The translations under genes and the position numbers were made by a program. A DNA stretch of 64,000 bases from Planctomycetota bacterium (GTDB lineage Bacteria; Planctomycetota; Planctomycetia; JALXBF01): positions 1 through 64,000 of the forward strand of contig JALXBF010000069.1 of NCBI GenBank assembly GCA_026991575.1, read 5' to 3'. The notes below the pieces were generated by a model that saw nothing but the letters and a program-made list of their open reading frames with translations, made no database searches and was not told the origin of the DNA. Of this stretch, positions 22,801 through 31,574 are shown in pieces. Position 1 is the first letter of the stretch; each line of letters begins with the position of its first letter.

Positions 22801-25800
22801 GTGCGGGCATAGTGTCGGTGAGATTGCCGCGATGGTGGTCGCCGGTGGTTTGAGCCCCGCGGACGGTGCCCGACTGGCTGCAATTCGAGGCCGTCTGATG
22901 GGTGAGCTTCCGGCAGGGGGGACAATGGCCGTGGTGGCGGCACCCGAAGCGGTCGTCCGTGGAGTGCTCGCATCAGGAACATGCATCGCCGCGGTAAACG
23001 GTCCACGGCAGACGGTTATCGCCGGACCGGTAGAAGCTGTCGACCAAACCGTGCGCCAGCTGGAAGCCTCCGGCCACAAAGTGACCAGGCTCCCGGTGTC
23101 GCACGCGTTTCACTCGTCGCTGATGAAACCGATCTTGGGACCGTTCCGCGAGGCGATTCGGGATATCCGATTCCATGCTCCAAAGCTGACCTTCGTCAGC
23201 ACTGTGACTGGGGCTGTCGCCTCAGAGGAACTTACCGATGCCCAGTACTGGGTGGACCAGATCCGGCGGCCTGTACGCTATGCGGATGCCGCGCGCACGA
23301 TCCTTGAGATGGCCGACGTCTGTTTGGAGATCGGTCCACATCCGGTCCTGGTCGGACTCGCACAGACACTGCCGGAAGCGTCCGGCAAGACCTTTGCTTC
23401 TAGCTTGAGGCGTCAGCGCGACGACGAGGCGGTCGTGGCCGACGCGGTTGCCGCCCTGTTCGCGGCAGGCATGCCCATCGACTGGCGCGGCTGGGACGAG
23501 GGGCGAGCACGGCAACGCGTGCAAGTGCCGAGCTATCCGTTCCAGCGAAAGCGGTACTGGATCGGTGCGGTCCCCACGGTCTCGTGCTCCGCGGCTGAGG
23601 AGAGCACCGAACAAACCATAGAACTGGAGACGTACCGACTCGATTGGATCCAAAAGCAACTTGATCCCGGACAGAATCCAGCACAGGTCCTGGTTGTTGG
23701 GACCGGGCAGGAAGCCACGAAGGCTCTCGCCGCCTTCGATTCGGCCGGGATTCCGTGTGCGCACGCGTCCTCGCTACGTGAGGCCGATGGCTCCGAAGCT
23801 GAGCGCTGCCTTGTGCTTGATTTCCGGGCATTGGATAGTGACCTTTCGCCCCAGAGTTTCCCGCAGTTCCTGGCCCGTCTGGCCACAGAACTGTGTGACC
23901 TGCAGCGCCGTTGGAAGGGCCGCAACCACAGTTACTGGCTGCTGACCAAGAATGCAGTCTGCGTCGGGTCGGAGCGTCTGGATCCATGTCACAGTGCCTT
24001 GTGGGGCTTCATGCGTTCAGCAATGCTTGAGTTGCACGACGTGGCCCTCGGCGTGGCGGACGTCTGCGCCGACGGCTGGACCGAGGTGGCAACCGCTCTT
24101 GCCTCGGCCGGTGACGAAGACCAGCTGGCGTTCCGCAATGGCGACGTGTACGCTGTCCGTCTGAGACGCTTTGAGCTGCCGGACAATGCGCAGCAGCCCG
24201 ACGTCGATCCGAACGCCATTTACCTTATTACCGGTGGTACCGGATGGCTGGGTGGTGCGATCGCAATTGAGCTGGCCAGGCTTGGGGCGCGGAAGATATG
24301 GCTCGTCAGCCGCCGCGGATTGGTCTCCGAAGGCGTTCTCGAAGAGCTACGGCGGCTCGGGGTCGCCAGCGAAGATGTGCGTGTCGTACGAGCTGACGTA
24401 GCATGTCCCGACGCGGTGCGTCGACTAGCCGATGAGATCCGTTCCGCTGGGGCCCGGCTCGGCGGCATTGTTCATGCGGCCGGCGTTGATCGGCCCACGT
24501 CGCTCAGCAGGCTCCAGGCGGACGATGTGGCGGCCGTCTGGGCGGGCAAGGCAACTGGTGCATGGCAGATTGCTGAGCTTGCGCGCGAGTTCCGGCCAGA
24601 CTTCGTTTGTTTCTTCTCCTCGCTGGCGGCGGCCGTGGGGGCTGCCCGTCGCTCCCACTATGCGGCAGCCAACGCCTTCCTGGACGGTCTCGCCTGTCAG
24701 CTGCACAGCGAAGGCATTCGGGCCACGTCGCTGGCATGGGGGCCGTGGGTTGGTGGTGGCATGGCTGACGCTGGGACGCTGAAGGAGTTTGCACGCATAG
24801 GTAACCTGGCGATTGGCCGGGACGAGGGAACTGGGCTGTTTAGCAAAGTGATCGCGCAGACGACCGTGCCCGCTCACATCGTGGCCGCACGCATTGACTG
24901 GGCACGCTTCGCGCCGGCCTACGAGCTGGTCAGAACTCGTCCGATCATCGAGCTCCTGCGGCCGGGCCCGGTTGCTTCCGGTCAGCGGACCGCGTTTGAC
25001 CGCAGCGCCGTCGAGCGAATCGTGCGCGAGGAATTCGCCCGCGCCCTCGGCTACAACAACGCCGACGCGATCCGTCGAGACGCGGAACTGCTCGCGCTCG
25101 GACTCGATTCGCTCCTCGCCGTGGACATCCTCACGCGGCTTCGCAAGCGATTGCCTCTGCCAGCGGGATTGTCGCTGTTCGACTATCGGACGCTGCACGA
25201 CGTGGTTGACGCGATTGCCGCGTACGCAGTGTGTACGGAAGCGGCGCCTGCGGGTGCGCCGCCTCAGTCCAATGCCGAAGTGCTCGACATCCTTCGCCGT
25301 GCCGCGGCCGAGACCCTTGGACTCGATGTCGAGGCGGTCGCGACGGACCGGCCGCTCAGTGCCCTTGGCATGGACTCGCTGATGGTTGCGGACTTCCTGA
25401 CCCGCGTGCGCAAAGCCACAGGCCGGTCCCTGTCGTCGTTTGCTCTTGACCGGGACACACTGAGTGAACTGGCGGAACAACTGTCCGCGGATGGTGAGAA
25501 GAGCCGCTCGACCGGCCGACCCGCAACACCATCGGGACGAGCCGTCCGGTACCGGCCGGAACTGGAGCCGGCCATCTACTCGTTCTGCCGGGAAGCATGG
25601 CCCGATCGGGCTCCTGAGCTGATCCCCGCGCGCTGGCGTTGGATGTTCGTGCAGTCGGCGCAGCGCCTGGGTATCGATCCCGCGGTGTGGCTTTATGTTG
25701 AAGATGGCCGGGTGCTGGGCCACAACGGAGCCATCCCCGTGCGTCTCCAGGTCGGTGACCGCGAGGTCACCACAGCCTGGTTTGTCGACACGATGGTCCT

Positions 25801-26659
25801 GGAGGAGGCTCGGGACAGAGCCGTCGGTAGCGCGGTCATGCTGGCATCGGTCGCGGACTGGCCGTTTAGCCTTTCGCTGGGTCAGACGCCGTACATGCGT
25901 GAGATTCTTCGTCGGCTGGGCTGGAAAGACGTTTGTCCGCTGAACACGTATGTGTACGTGCTTCGTCCGATGGCGTTGGGCAGAGCGAAGGTGACCACAC
26001 CGATCGTCGGAACACTGGCCGGAGCAGCGCTGGCGTTGAAACAGTGGTGGCACGGGCACCCGGTAGCGAACGGACATTCGCGGGCTTTTCGCGTTGAAGA
26101 GGTGGCCTCCTACGGTCCGGAACAGGACGAGTTGTGGCAGCGCGTCCGGGCGCACTTCCCGGTTGCTGTCGTCCGTGACCGATCGTTTATGCAGTGGAAG
26201 TACGTGGAGCAGCCGGGCCAGGAGTTCATCCGCTTGCACCTGTGGGACGGGGCTCGTTTAGCTGGGACGGCGGTCCTGCTTGTGCGGAGACCGGACCGCG
26301 TCTACCGATATCGCCGAGCGTTCTTGGTTGACTTGCTTGTCGATCCGGATGATGAGGTGGCCGTCGGTGCGCTGCTATCCGCAGTCATTGCGCGGGCTCG
26401 CCAGACCGGCTCGGCGCTCCTGACGTGTTACCTCACCTGTCCGCGGCTGGAAACCTGCCTTGTGCGTGCGGGATTCTGGCGCCGTGAGCCCCAGCGATAC
26501 CTGCTTGTGCGTCCGGACCGGGCAGAGGTTGACGTCCGTCTGCTCCTTGACGGCAGGCAGTGGCTGCTGACCATGGGCGATTCGGATATCGATCGGCCGT
26601 CGTGGACAGATGAAGAGCTGGATCCCTCCACGGCCCGGTCCACAGCGGTCGGCCTGTAG
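16814..26659 (+). CDS. Single-module type I PKS, 3281 aa: MaoC-like hotdog - SDR - FkbH - ACP - KS - AT - KR - ACP - ACP - GNAT
   Basis: MaoC 'FAELTGDRSPLH..VVHGM'; SDR 'GASRGLG', 'YVALK' (~18020-18640); FkbH 'DCDNTLW', 'DDNPVE', 'RTNQFN', 'SCRVLGRGVE' (~18740-20400); ACP 'GCDS' (~20740); KS 'DTACSSS', 'HGTGT', 'GHLE'; AT 'GHSVG', 'HAFH'; KR 'GGTGWLG', 'YAAAN'; ACPs 'GLDS', 'GMDS'; C-terminal GNAT-like domain (~25540-26610). Confidence 0.93.
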   Translation: MTLRFAELTGDRSPLHVDRQYAQRAAYGRPVVHGMRVVHEMLAVLAAHVCSRHHQTAQQSRHDLLQPTTPPGAPTPGNSSEDAGKRHVSAPGRPVMTATGAITVEFRNPVFPGDRLRISWSRTGSATAAGGPSAPATGATATPNVHTHGREAVQNMGQASGASELLDQSDNNSLGQASNRTCPIHDDLSAYTLRGVAETERGIAAVVELSVPYDTELARRAASAREALRPVYVTLAEPAADPQGAEQSATFNDGAPSVHPPEEVNRLDIDDILLDEPVRGTYTYPGTSAADLRPELLTLLRLLGLCSYLVGMKLPGQQALFVKAQLEWHALQHNPLEVPLHYELTPTHVDRKLRLVDCALLVRTADGEQVATGRLRSYVRFTPAVPNVAAVVGYARDLSNALSGKVALVCGASRGLGAEITATLALAGATVYGTYRSSSEDAKSLASAITQRGGRVELLQGDVGDSRWLNDVVEGIVHKHGRLDLLVLNACGQPKIGATGDAFHDYLTRNLQLVSVPLETALPALRHSRGAVCLVSSSFVAQAPRGLEAYVALKKTAEELIRAQASAAPEVFFQIARPPKLQTRWNDSPAGVVGAIPSWCAAVAIVQGLAAQADHREAPRDNVLVLEQFPLLEPRDEAGSRRTVSLAIAATFTAEPLGEELKRWARRLAWQLDARFAGYNQVVQELISPVGLFAANRDGLNVALVRVRDWLRELSEEVGSDAQRLQAHLDDVGNQIVQALEQYAAAGRAPLLLIVAPSDLPKATPADEPIARWERELIACAEKLRAVHVLDARQWHSVYGLDTADAAAYYDRNRDRIGHIPFTPSYYAFLATLIVRRAYRLLTPPRKTIVVDCDNTLWDGVVGEVGPQGVRFDEHHLALQRKLARLAESGVLVCLCSKNQEDDVWAVFAQRANEMPLRREHIVAAAINWMPKSQNITELARSLNLGRDSFAFLDDNPVECAEVRANCPDVLTVQWPREPEQALKLLNHFWELDPLAATAEDRKRTEMYRQEFQRQQLKAQAKDFADFLRSLELKLDFRPLNREDLPRASQLTLRTNQFNFTTIRRSEAELWELVAEHGYRCWTVRVSDRFGDYGIVGLVVTKPISDASDQRVLEVDTFLLSCRVLGRGVEHKIVAFLAEQALALGAEYLRFHIRYTKKNVPARRFLQSIVPAECLETGDDHMSCILEARRYVDLSYDPERHACESETADARSGTDNRGSGEDGGAEDVVTWTRERERQILRTAFEWADLGRANSSGQTAVAQQQHEPAPAGAATTGEVRHVVLDAFARQLGMPAEQVARVDRLDQLGCDSFKIVEITVALLERYPQLPATLLFEHQTVSEIVRAIESHSAGSSSRQPSAPLAAARPRARTVSDIAVVGLALRCAGANSTEELWQLLRRKGSAVREVPTDRRHFLGVLRDSRKHWAGLLDDPDRFDATFFGIAPREAVMLDPQLRLLLEVSWEALEQAGWTDGTEIANTGVFVGVMYGDYVFAANQWAESQAYPYRCWEGFSIANRLSQILGFHGPSVAVDTACSSSGTALYMACRALRAGDCKAAVVGGVNLILDPNRFSQLGRLGILSPDGRCRPFGEEANGTVLGEGAVALVLMPVDEAVKQGCTILGVIKGVGISHGTGTVGFTAPNPTAQAIAIREAIRAAGIDPRTISFVETHGTGTALGDPIETRGLQLAYEDRSLWCDEELADAAPLRLGAIKPNVGHLEAGAALIGVAKVLLQFQHQELAPTITSERPNPQVPWDRTRFVVQRDRAPWERPRLRCKDGTVREFPRRAGVSSFGVGGANVHVVLEEPPSVALEQPTHDEPDRTWHVLALSARSPEALRAYAGKVAEFLRRTTDDQMANVCYSLAVGRRAFEYRLALPCRSADDARRTLAAFAESGELRAGHTGRTAGQRPRVAFLFTGQGAQYVSMGKGLYRSNPVFRRALDRYFALVNEHLDRPLQEVVFGEDDELLKQTRYTQPALFCVQLALADLWRGWGVVPDIVCGHSVGEIAAMVVAGGLSPADGARLAAIRGRLMGELPAGGTMAVVAAPEAVVRGVLASGTCIAAVNGPRQTVIAGPVEAVDQTVRQLEASGHKVTRLPVSHAFHSSLMKPILGPFREAIRDIRFHAPKLTFVSTVTGAVASEELTDAQYWVDQIRRPVRYADAARTILEMADVCLEIGPHPVLVGLAQTLPEASGKTFASSLRRQRDDEAVVADAVAALFAAGMPIDWRGWDEGRARQRVQVPSYPFQRKRYWIGAVPTVSCSAAEESTEQTIELETYRLDWIQKQLDPGQNPAQVLVVGTGQEATKALAAFDSAGIPCAHASSLREADGSEAERCLVLDFRALDSDLSPQSFPQFLARLATELCDLQRRWKGRNHSYWLLTKNAVCVGSERLDPCHSALWGFMRSAMLELHDVALGVADVCADGWTEVATALASAGDEDQLAFRNGDVYAVRLRRFELPDNAQQPDVDPNAIYLITGGTGWLGGAIAIELARLGARKIWLVSRRGLVSEGVLEELRRLGVASEDVRVVRADVACPDAVRRLADEIRSAGARLGGIVHAAGVDRPTSLSRLQADDVAAVWAGKATGAWQIAELAREFRPDFVCFFSSLAAAVGAARRSHYAAANAFLDGLACQLHSEGIRATSLAWGPWVGGGMADAGTLKEFARIGNLAIGRDEGTGLFSKVIAQTTVPAHIVAARIDWARFAPAYELVRTRPIIELLRPGPVASGQRTAFDRSAVERIVREEFARALGYNNADAIRRDAELLALGLDSLLAVDILTRLRKRLPLPAGLSLFDYRTLHDVVDAIAAYAVCTEAAPAGAPPQSNAEVLDILRRAAAETLGLDVEAVATDRPLSALGMDSLMVADFLTRVRKATGRSLSSFALDRDTLSELAEQLSADGEKSRSTGRPATPSGRAVRYRPELEPAIYSFCREAWPDRAPELIPARWRWMFVQSAQRLGIDPAVWLYVEDGRVLGHNGAIPVRLQVGDREVTTAWFVDTMVLEEARDRAVGSAVMLASVADWPFSLSLGQTPYMREILRRLGWKDVCPLNTYVYVLRPMALGRAKVTTPIVGTLAGAALALKQWWHGHPVANGHSRAFRVEEVASYGPEQDELWQRVRAHFPVAVVRDRSFMQWKYVEQPGQEFIRLHLWDGARLAGTAVLLVRRPDRVYRYRRAFLVDLLVDPDDEVAVGALLSAVIARARQTGSALLTCYLTCPRLETCLVRAGFWRREPQRYLLVRPDRAEVDVRLLLDGRQWLLTMGDSDIDRPSWTDEELDPSTARSTAVGL

Positions 26660-26696
26660 TACCTAGGTACGTAGAGGGACACCACACGTCACCACG

Positions 26697-28532
26697 ATGT
26701 GCGGGATTGCGGGGCAAGTTGGGGTTGGCGTTGAGAAGGCCGCGGTAGAGCGGATGCTGACTTGCATCGTGCACCGCGGGCCGGACGACCAGGGGGTGTT
26801 CGCCGATGAAGGGATTGCCTTCGGCATCCGGCGGCTGAGCATCATCGACATTGAGGGCGGTAAACAGCCCGTTTCCAACGAGGACGGATCCATTCACGTG
26901 GTCCTCAACGGAGAAATCTACAACTACGTCGAACTCCGTCAGGAACTGCTCCGCCGTGGTCACCAATTCCGCTCCCAGGGCGATACCGAGGTCATCGCTC
27001 ATCTGTACGAAGAATACGGTGACCGCTTCGTCGATCACCTCAACGGCATGTTCGCCATTGCCCTGTGGGATAGCCGCAACCGCCGGTTGCTGCTTGTTCG
27101 TGACCGGCTAGGCAAGAAACCCGTGTACTGGTGCTACCAGGATGGCAGGTTGTGGTTCGGATCCGAGCTCAAGTGCCTGCGGGCCGTCGATGCCCCGGTG
27201 GGACAGACGGATCTCACGTCAGTGTACCACTACCTGGTCCTGGGGTACATGCCGCACCCGCACACGGTGTACACAAACGTCCGCCAACTGCCTCCAGGGG
27301 GGATGCTGGAGTACCGCGACGGGCATGTGCGGGTGGATCGGTACTGGGAGTTCCGAGCCAGCGTCCGTCAGTGGGACGAACGGGAGGCGGCGGAGCACTT
27401 GCGTGACCTGTTAACGGATGCGGTCCGCATACGGTTGCGCAGCGACGTTCCGTTGGGGGCCTTCCTGAGCGGTGGTCTGGACTCCAGCATCGTCGTTGCG
27501 CTCATGGCACAACTCAGTCCAGCGCCGGTGAAGACGTTCCACATCCGGTTCAGCGACGATCCGGCCCCGGAGCACGAGTATGCGCAGGCGGTGGCCGACC
27601 AATATGGGACTGAGCACCACGTACTGACGGTCACGCCGGAAAAGATGGACGTGCTGGACCGTATCCTGGACATGTACGACGAACCGTTCGGTGACTCGTC
27701 CGCCGTCCCTACTTGGTACGTGTCCGGGCTGACGAAGCAGTACGTCACGGTAGCACTTGCCGGTGACGGGGGCGACGAAAGCTTCGCCGGGTACAACCGC
27801 TACCGCGTTGCACTGCAGCGCCGCCGCCTTCGGCGGTGGATTGGGCCGGCGTGCCGGTTGCTTGGACCAGCTGTCTGGCATCTCACCCCGCACAGCTTCC
27901 CCGGCCGACGGATGATCCGTGCCCTCGGGATGGATGGATATCGCGAATTTGCTTCGGGTATGCCGGAACTTGAGACGCGTTGGCTATTGGGCCCGGCGCT
28001 TCGACCGGCTGTGAACGGCACGACGACATGGGAGGTGGTCCGGCGCGATATCGAAGCGGGGGATCCTACAGACCCACTGTCGCCCTTTACTGCGTTCGAC
28101 ACCAGGCGCTATCTGCCAGACGACATCCTGGTGAAGGTCGATCGCGCCAGCATGTCGCATGCCCTGGAGGTGCGTGCGCCGCTGCTGGACTACCGCGTGG
28201 TGGAATTTGCGGCGACATTGCCCGCAGAGCTGAAGCTCGACAATCGAGGGGGCAAGCGGCTCCTGAAGATTGCTTTCGGTGACATGTTGCCGGAAAAGGT
28301 GCTGGAGCCCCGGAAGCGCGGCTTTTCCGCGCCGCTGCGGGAATGGCTTGCGGGCGAGCTGGCGCCGATGATCGAATCGGATGTGCTCAACGGCATTCTG
28401 GTACGGGAGCGGCTCATCGATCGCGATGCTGTGCAAGTCCTCGTCGACGAGCACCGCCGTGGCCGCCGCGACCATCGGAGGATGCTGTGGCGCTTGCTGG
28501 TCCTTGCGCGCTGGCTGCGGAGGTTCGGGTGA
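26697..28532 (+). CDS. asnB: Asparagine synthase (glutamine-hydrolysing)-like amidotransferase
   Basis: N-terminal 'MCGIAG', 'HRGPDD', 'NGEIYN', 'RDRLGKKP', 'LSGGLDSS', 'GDGGDE' and 'KVDRASM..LEVRAP'. Confidence 0.95.
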   Translation: MCGIAGQVGVGVEKAAVERMLTCIVHRGPDDQGVFADEGIAFGIRRLSIIDIEGGKQPVSNEDGSIHVVLNGEIYNYVELRQELLRRGHQFRSQGDTEVIAHLYEEYGDRFVDHLNGMFAIALWDSRNRRLLLVRDRLGKKPVYWCYQDGRLWFGSELKCLRAVDAPVGQTDLTSVYHYLVLGYMPHPHTVYTNVRQLPPGGMLEYRDGHVRVDRYWEFRASVRQWDEREAAEHLRDLLTDAVRIRLRSDVPLGAFLSGGLDSSIVVALMAQLSPAPVKTFHIRFSDDPAPEHEYAQAVADQYGTEHHVLTVTPEKMDVLDRILDMYDEPFGDSSAVPTWYVSGLTKQYVTVALAGDGGDESFAGYNRYRVALQRRRLRRWIGPACRLLGPAVWHLTPHSFPGRRMIRALGMDGYREFASGMPELETRWLLGPALRPAVNGTTTWEVVRRDIEAGDPTDPLSPFTAFDTRRYLPDDILVKVDRASMSHALEVRAPLLDYRVVEFAATLPAELKLDNRGGKRLLKIAFGDMLPEKVLEPRKRGFSAPLREWLAGELAPMIESDVLNGILVRERLIDRDAVQVLVDEHRRGRRDHRRMLWRLLVLARWLRRFG

Positions 28533-28641
28533 GCAGAGCGGCGATCCGCTGTCCCAGCACGAATCCGTGGCCTGCGGTACCTCTATCCGTCACGTCTGAC
28601 CGGCAGGATTAGATAATCCGCCTGCGTCCATGTAGAAAGAA

Positions 28642-29982
28642 ATGCGAATCCTGTTCATCTCCAAGTGGCATGTCCTCCCGGCGGATACCGGGGGGAAGAT
28701 TCGGACATGTCAGGTGCTGAAGGGGCTGGCACGGCGGCACGAAGTGCATCTGGTGTATAACACGGTCGGCAGACCGAATGCCAGAGGTCGCTGGGAAGGT
28801 AGGGCTCTCAGCGGCCATGGGTGCTCCTTCGGGCGCGACGCAGGCGGGCCTGGTGATGTACCCTCCGATAGTGGGTTCCTGGATGGCGTGCGCTGTCATG
28901 CGGTGCCGACCACGACGCCCGCGCAGCGTGACTGGCGGTACTGGCTAGCCCTGGGACGTAACTTCGTTCACCCGGCTCCTTTTAACGCCCACAAGGATCG
29001 CGATCCGGCCCTGATACGAGCGGTCAGCGAACTGTGCCACCGCCTGCAGCCGGACGTCGTCATCTGCGACTTCGTCCAAACGGCACTCAACTGCAACGGG
29101 ATCCACCACTGGCCCAGCGTGCTGTTCCAACACAACGTCGAGGCGGAAGTCTTCTGGCGACAGGCGCGGCGCGCCCCGAAAGGAACGTGGCGTGCACTGT
29201 TTGCCCTGCAGGCGCAGAAGATGCTCCGCTTCGAACGCGACATGGTCCGGCGGTTTGACGTGGTGGTGGCGATCTCCGAGCGAGACAAGGTTCTTTTCGA
29301 ACAGCTCTACGGCTGCCGGAATGTGTTCGTCATCGATACGGCCGTCGATGTCGAACGATACGCTGACGTTCGGCCGGATCGACGTTCAAGACGCGTGCTC
29401 TTCATCGGCGGGCTTGACTGGATCCCGAACCCTCATGGCGTTACTCACTTCTGCCGGCGCATCTGGCCTTTGATTCGCGCCGAAGTCCCGGACGCGACGT
29501 TCGAAATCGTCGGTCGCAATCCCGGACCGGACCTTGCCGAGGTCGTCTCCGGCATACCGGGTGTCACTTTGGTGGGCACGGTACCCGATACCCGGCCATA
29601 CCTGGCGCGGGCCGCCGTTTGCGTCGTGCCGCTGTACATGGGTGGGGGTACGCGGATGAAGATCTACGAGTATATGGCCCCCGGGCTTCCCGTTGTATCG
29701 ACTTCGCTGGGCTGCGAGGGGCTGCCGGTGCGCCATGGCGAGCACCTGCTGGTAGCCGATTCGGACGAGGCGTTTGCCCGCGCTGTCGTTCGGCTGCTGA
29801 GCGATCCGGAGTACGCACAGCGGATCGGGCAGCAGGCCGCCAGCTTCGTCCGACAGAATTTCGCAGCCGACGTCGCGGCCGTCCAGTTCGAAGGCCACCT
29901 ACGCCAGGCGATCCGGTTGTTCCGCGCAAGACGAACCGCGGAGAATAACCGTTCTGTGAAGGGGGCCAGCGCGAGGGCATAG
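28642..29982 (+). CDS. Glycosyltransferase family 4 (PEP-CTERM/EPS-associated type)
   Basis: 'PADTGGKIRT', 'QHNVE', 'GLDWIPN' and 'GGGTRMKIYEYMAPGLPVVSTSLGCEG'. Confidence 0.9.
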   Translation: MRILFISKWHVLPADTGGKIRTCQVLKGLARRHEVHLVYNTVGRPNARGRWEGRALSGHGCSFGRDAGGPGDVPSDSGFLDGVRCHAVPTTTPAQRDWRYWLALGRNFVHPAPFNAHKDRDPALIRAVSELCHRLQPDVVICDFVQTALNCNGIHHWPSVLFQHNVEAEVFWRQARRAPKGTWRALFALQAQKMLRFERDMVRRFDVVVAISERDKVLFEQLYGCRNVFVIDTAVDVERYADVRPDRRSRRVLFIGGLDWIPNPHGVTHFCRRIWPLIRAEVPDATFEIVGRNPGPDLAEVVSGIPGVTLVGTVPDTRPYLARAAVCVVPLYMGGGTRMKIYEYMAPGLPVVSTSLGCEGLPVRHGEHLLVADSDEAFARAVVRLLSDPEYAQRIGQQAASFVRQNFAADVAAVQFEGHLRQAIRLFRARRTAENNRSVKGASARA

Positions 29983-30065
29983 GGCTACGTAGATATTGCC
30001 AGGCGACCAAACTCAGCGATCGCATCCGGTGTGCTGCACCAGCGAGCCACCTGGTCTAGACCAAC

Positions 30066-31298
30066 TTGAGCAGGACCATCTCGTCCGTTGTAGGGTCGGC
30101 GAGAAGACTGATCTGGACGGTCGGCCGGACAAGATTGCAGCCGATTGAGACGATCGGACGCGCTGATCCACGGGCACGCTGCGTTCGGTTCTTCGCGACG
30201 ATCGGGTTCGTGGACACGAATAAATCACCTGCTGTGAGCGAGCGCGGCCAAGTCGTCTATCTGATCGTTACGGTCGACACTGAAGAAGAAGGGCTTTGGG
30301 GGGGAAGCTACCCGGTCGACGGCGGCACCGTGCGCAACGTCCTCGAAGGAGTTCCACGGTTTCAGGAGCTGTGCGATCGGTACGGAATCCGGCCCGTGTA
30401 CCTGATCGACACTCCGGTGGCGACGGATCGTGAAGCGGCCAGTCTGTTGCGATCACTCCAGGACGAAGGGCGATGTGAAGTCGGCGCGCACCTGCATCCG
30501 TGGTGTACGGAACCTCACATCGACTACAGGTTCCCTCGCGATTCGTACATGATGAACCTACCAGTCGAGGTGCAGCGGGCGAAGCTTCGGACACTGACGC
30601 AGCAGATCGAAGAGTCCGTCGGCCACCGTCCCGTTTCGTTCCGCGCCGGCCGCTACGGGCTGGACCGGCACGGAGCCGCGATTCTGCATGAACTGGGCTA
30701 TGCGATTGATTCGAGCGTCGTTCCGTACACGCGTCACACGGCTGAGGGCGGACCGGATTTTAGTTCTGCTCCACTCGCGCCCTTTCACGTCGATACCGAC
30801 TCGGCGGATCCGACAGGTGCTCTCGTCCCGACCGACGGCGATGACGGACTGCTGGAAGTGCCCGTGGCCGCGGGCTACACGAGAACTCCCTTTGAGTGGC
30901 GGCACAGGCTGCGCGACAGGCTGGAACGCTCATTCCTGCGGAAGCTCAAGGCTGTCGGCGTTATCGATCGGCTCGGCATCGCGCGCCGGGTCAAATTCTC
31001 CCCGGAGCAGGCTAGCTGTTCGGACATGCGAGCGCTGGTGGACTGCTACCTCAAGTTGGGCTTGCCTTGCATGGTGATGATGATGCACTCCAGCTCGCTT
31101 GCCGCAGGCTACTCACCGTATGCCTCTGATCGAGCTGCTCTGGAGCGGTTTTACGCGCGACTAGAAGATGCGTTTGCCTACGCCCTGGAACGTGGCTTGC
31201 AGCCGGTGACTTTCCGCGAGTTCCACGCCGCCTTCGTAAGCCAGGGGACCGTTCCTAAGGAGCAAGCTGGCGCCGGTAGCCTGCCCAGCGCTCGGTGA
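30066..31298 (+). CDS. Polysaccharide deacetylase (WalW-like, NodB fold); the true start is probably ~30234
   Basis: 'VTVDTEEE', 'EVGAHLHPW', 'SFRAGRYG', 'DSSV' and 'HSSSL..GYSPY'. Confidence 0.85.
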   Translation: MSRTISSVVGSARRLIWTVGRTRLQPIETIGRADPRARCVRFFATIGFVDTNKSPAVSERGQVVYLIVTVDTEEEGLWGGSYPVDGGTVRNVLEGVPRFQELCDRYGIRPVYLIDTPVATDREAASLLRSLQDEGRCEVGAHLHPWCTEPHIDYRFPRDSYMMNLPVEVQRAKLRTLTQQIEESVGHRPVSFRAGRYGLDRHGAAILHELGYAIDSSVVPYTRHTAEGGPDFSSAPLAPFHVDTDSADPTGALVPTDGDDGLLEVPVAAGYTRTPFEWRHRLRDRLERSFLRKLKAVGVIDRLGIARRVKFSPEQASCSDMRALVDCYLKLGLPCMVMMMHSSSLAAGYSPYASDRAALERFYARLEDAFAYALERGLQPVTFREFHAAFVSQGTVPKEQAGAGSLPSAR

Positions 31299-31574
31299 CG
31301 CATCGGCCTGGGCCCGATGCCGCGGTCGTACGTTAGTCGTTGTCGCTCGCGACAACTGGCGCAAGGACCTGGCCGTGGGAGCACGGTGGGAACGTGCCTC
31401 AGGAATTCCCGAGCTGTTATCCCGGGGCCCGATCTTCAGCGTGGCTTGGGCTGCGAGGACCAAGGTTGACCCGTTCCCACGTTAAGGAACGAGGTCGAAT
31501 CTGAACTGACAATCGTCGCCCAGTGATGTTCTGCAGCACCTAACCCGACCGAGCTTGCGCCCGAACATGGGGTC

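Noticed and set aside
24425..26239. 604-aa minus-strand ORF, and other long antisense ORFs such as 57162..58430 and 61148..62161
   Set aside because: Shadow ORFs opposite well-supported genes in GC-rich DNA, with no recognisable motifs.
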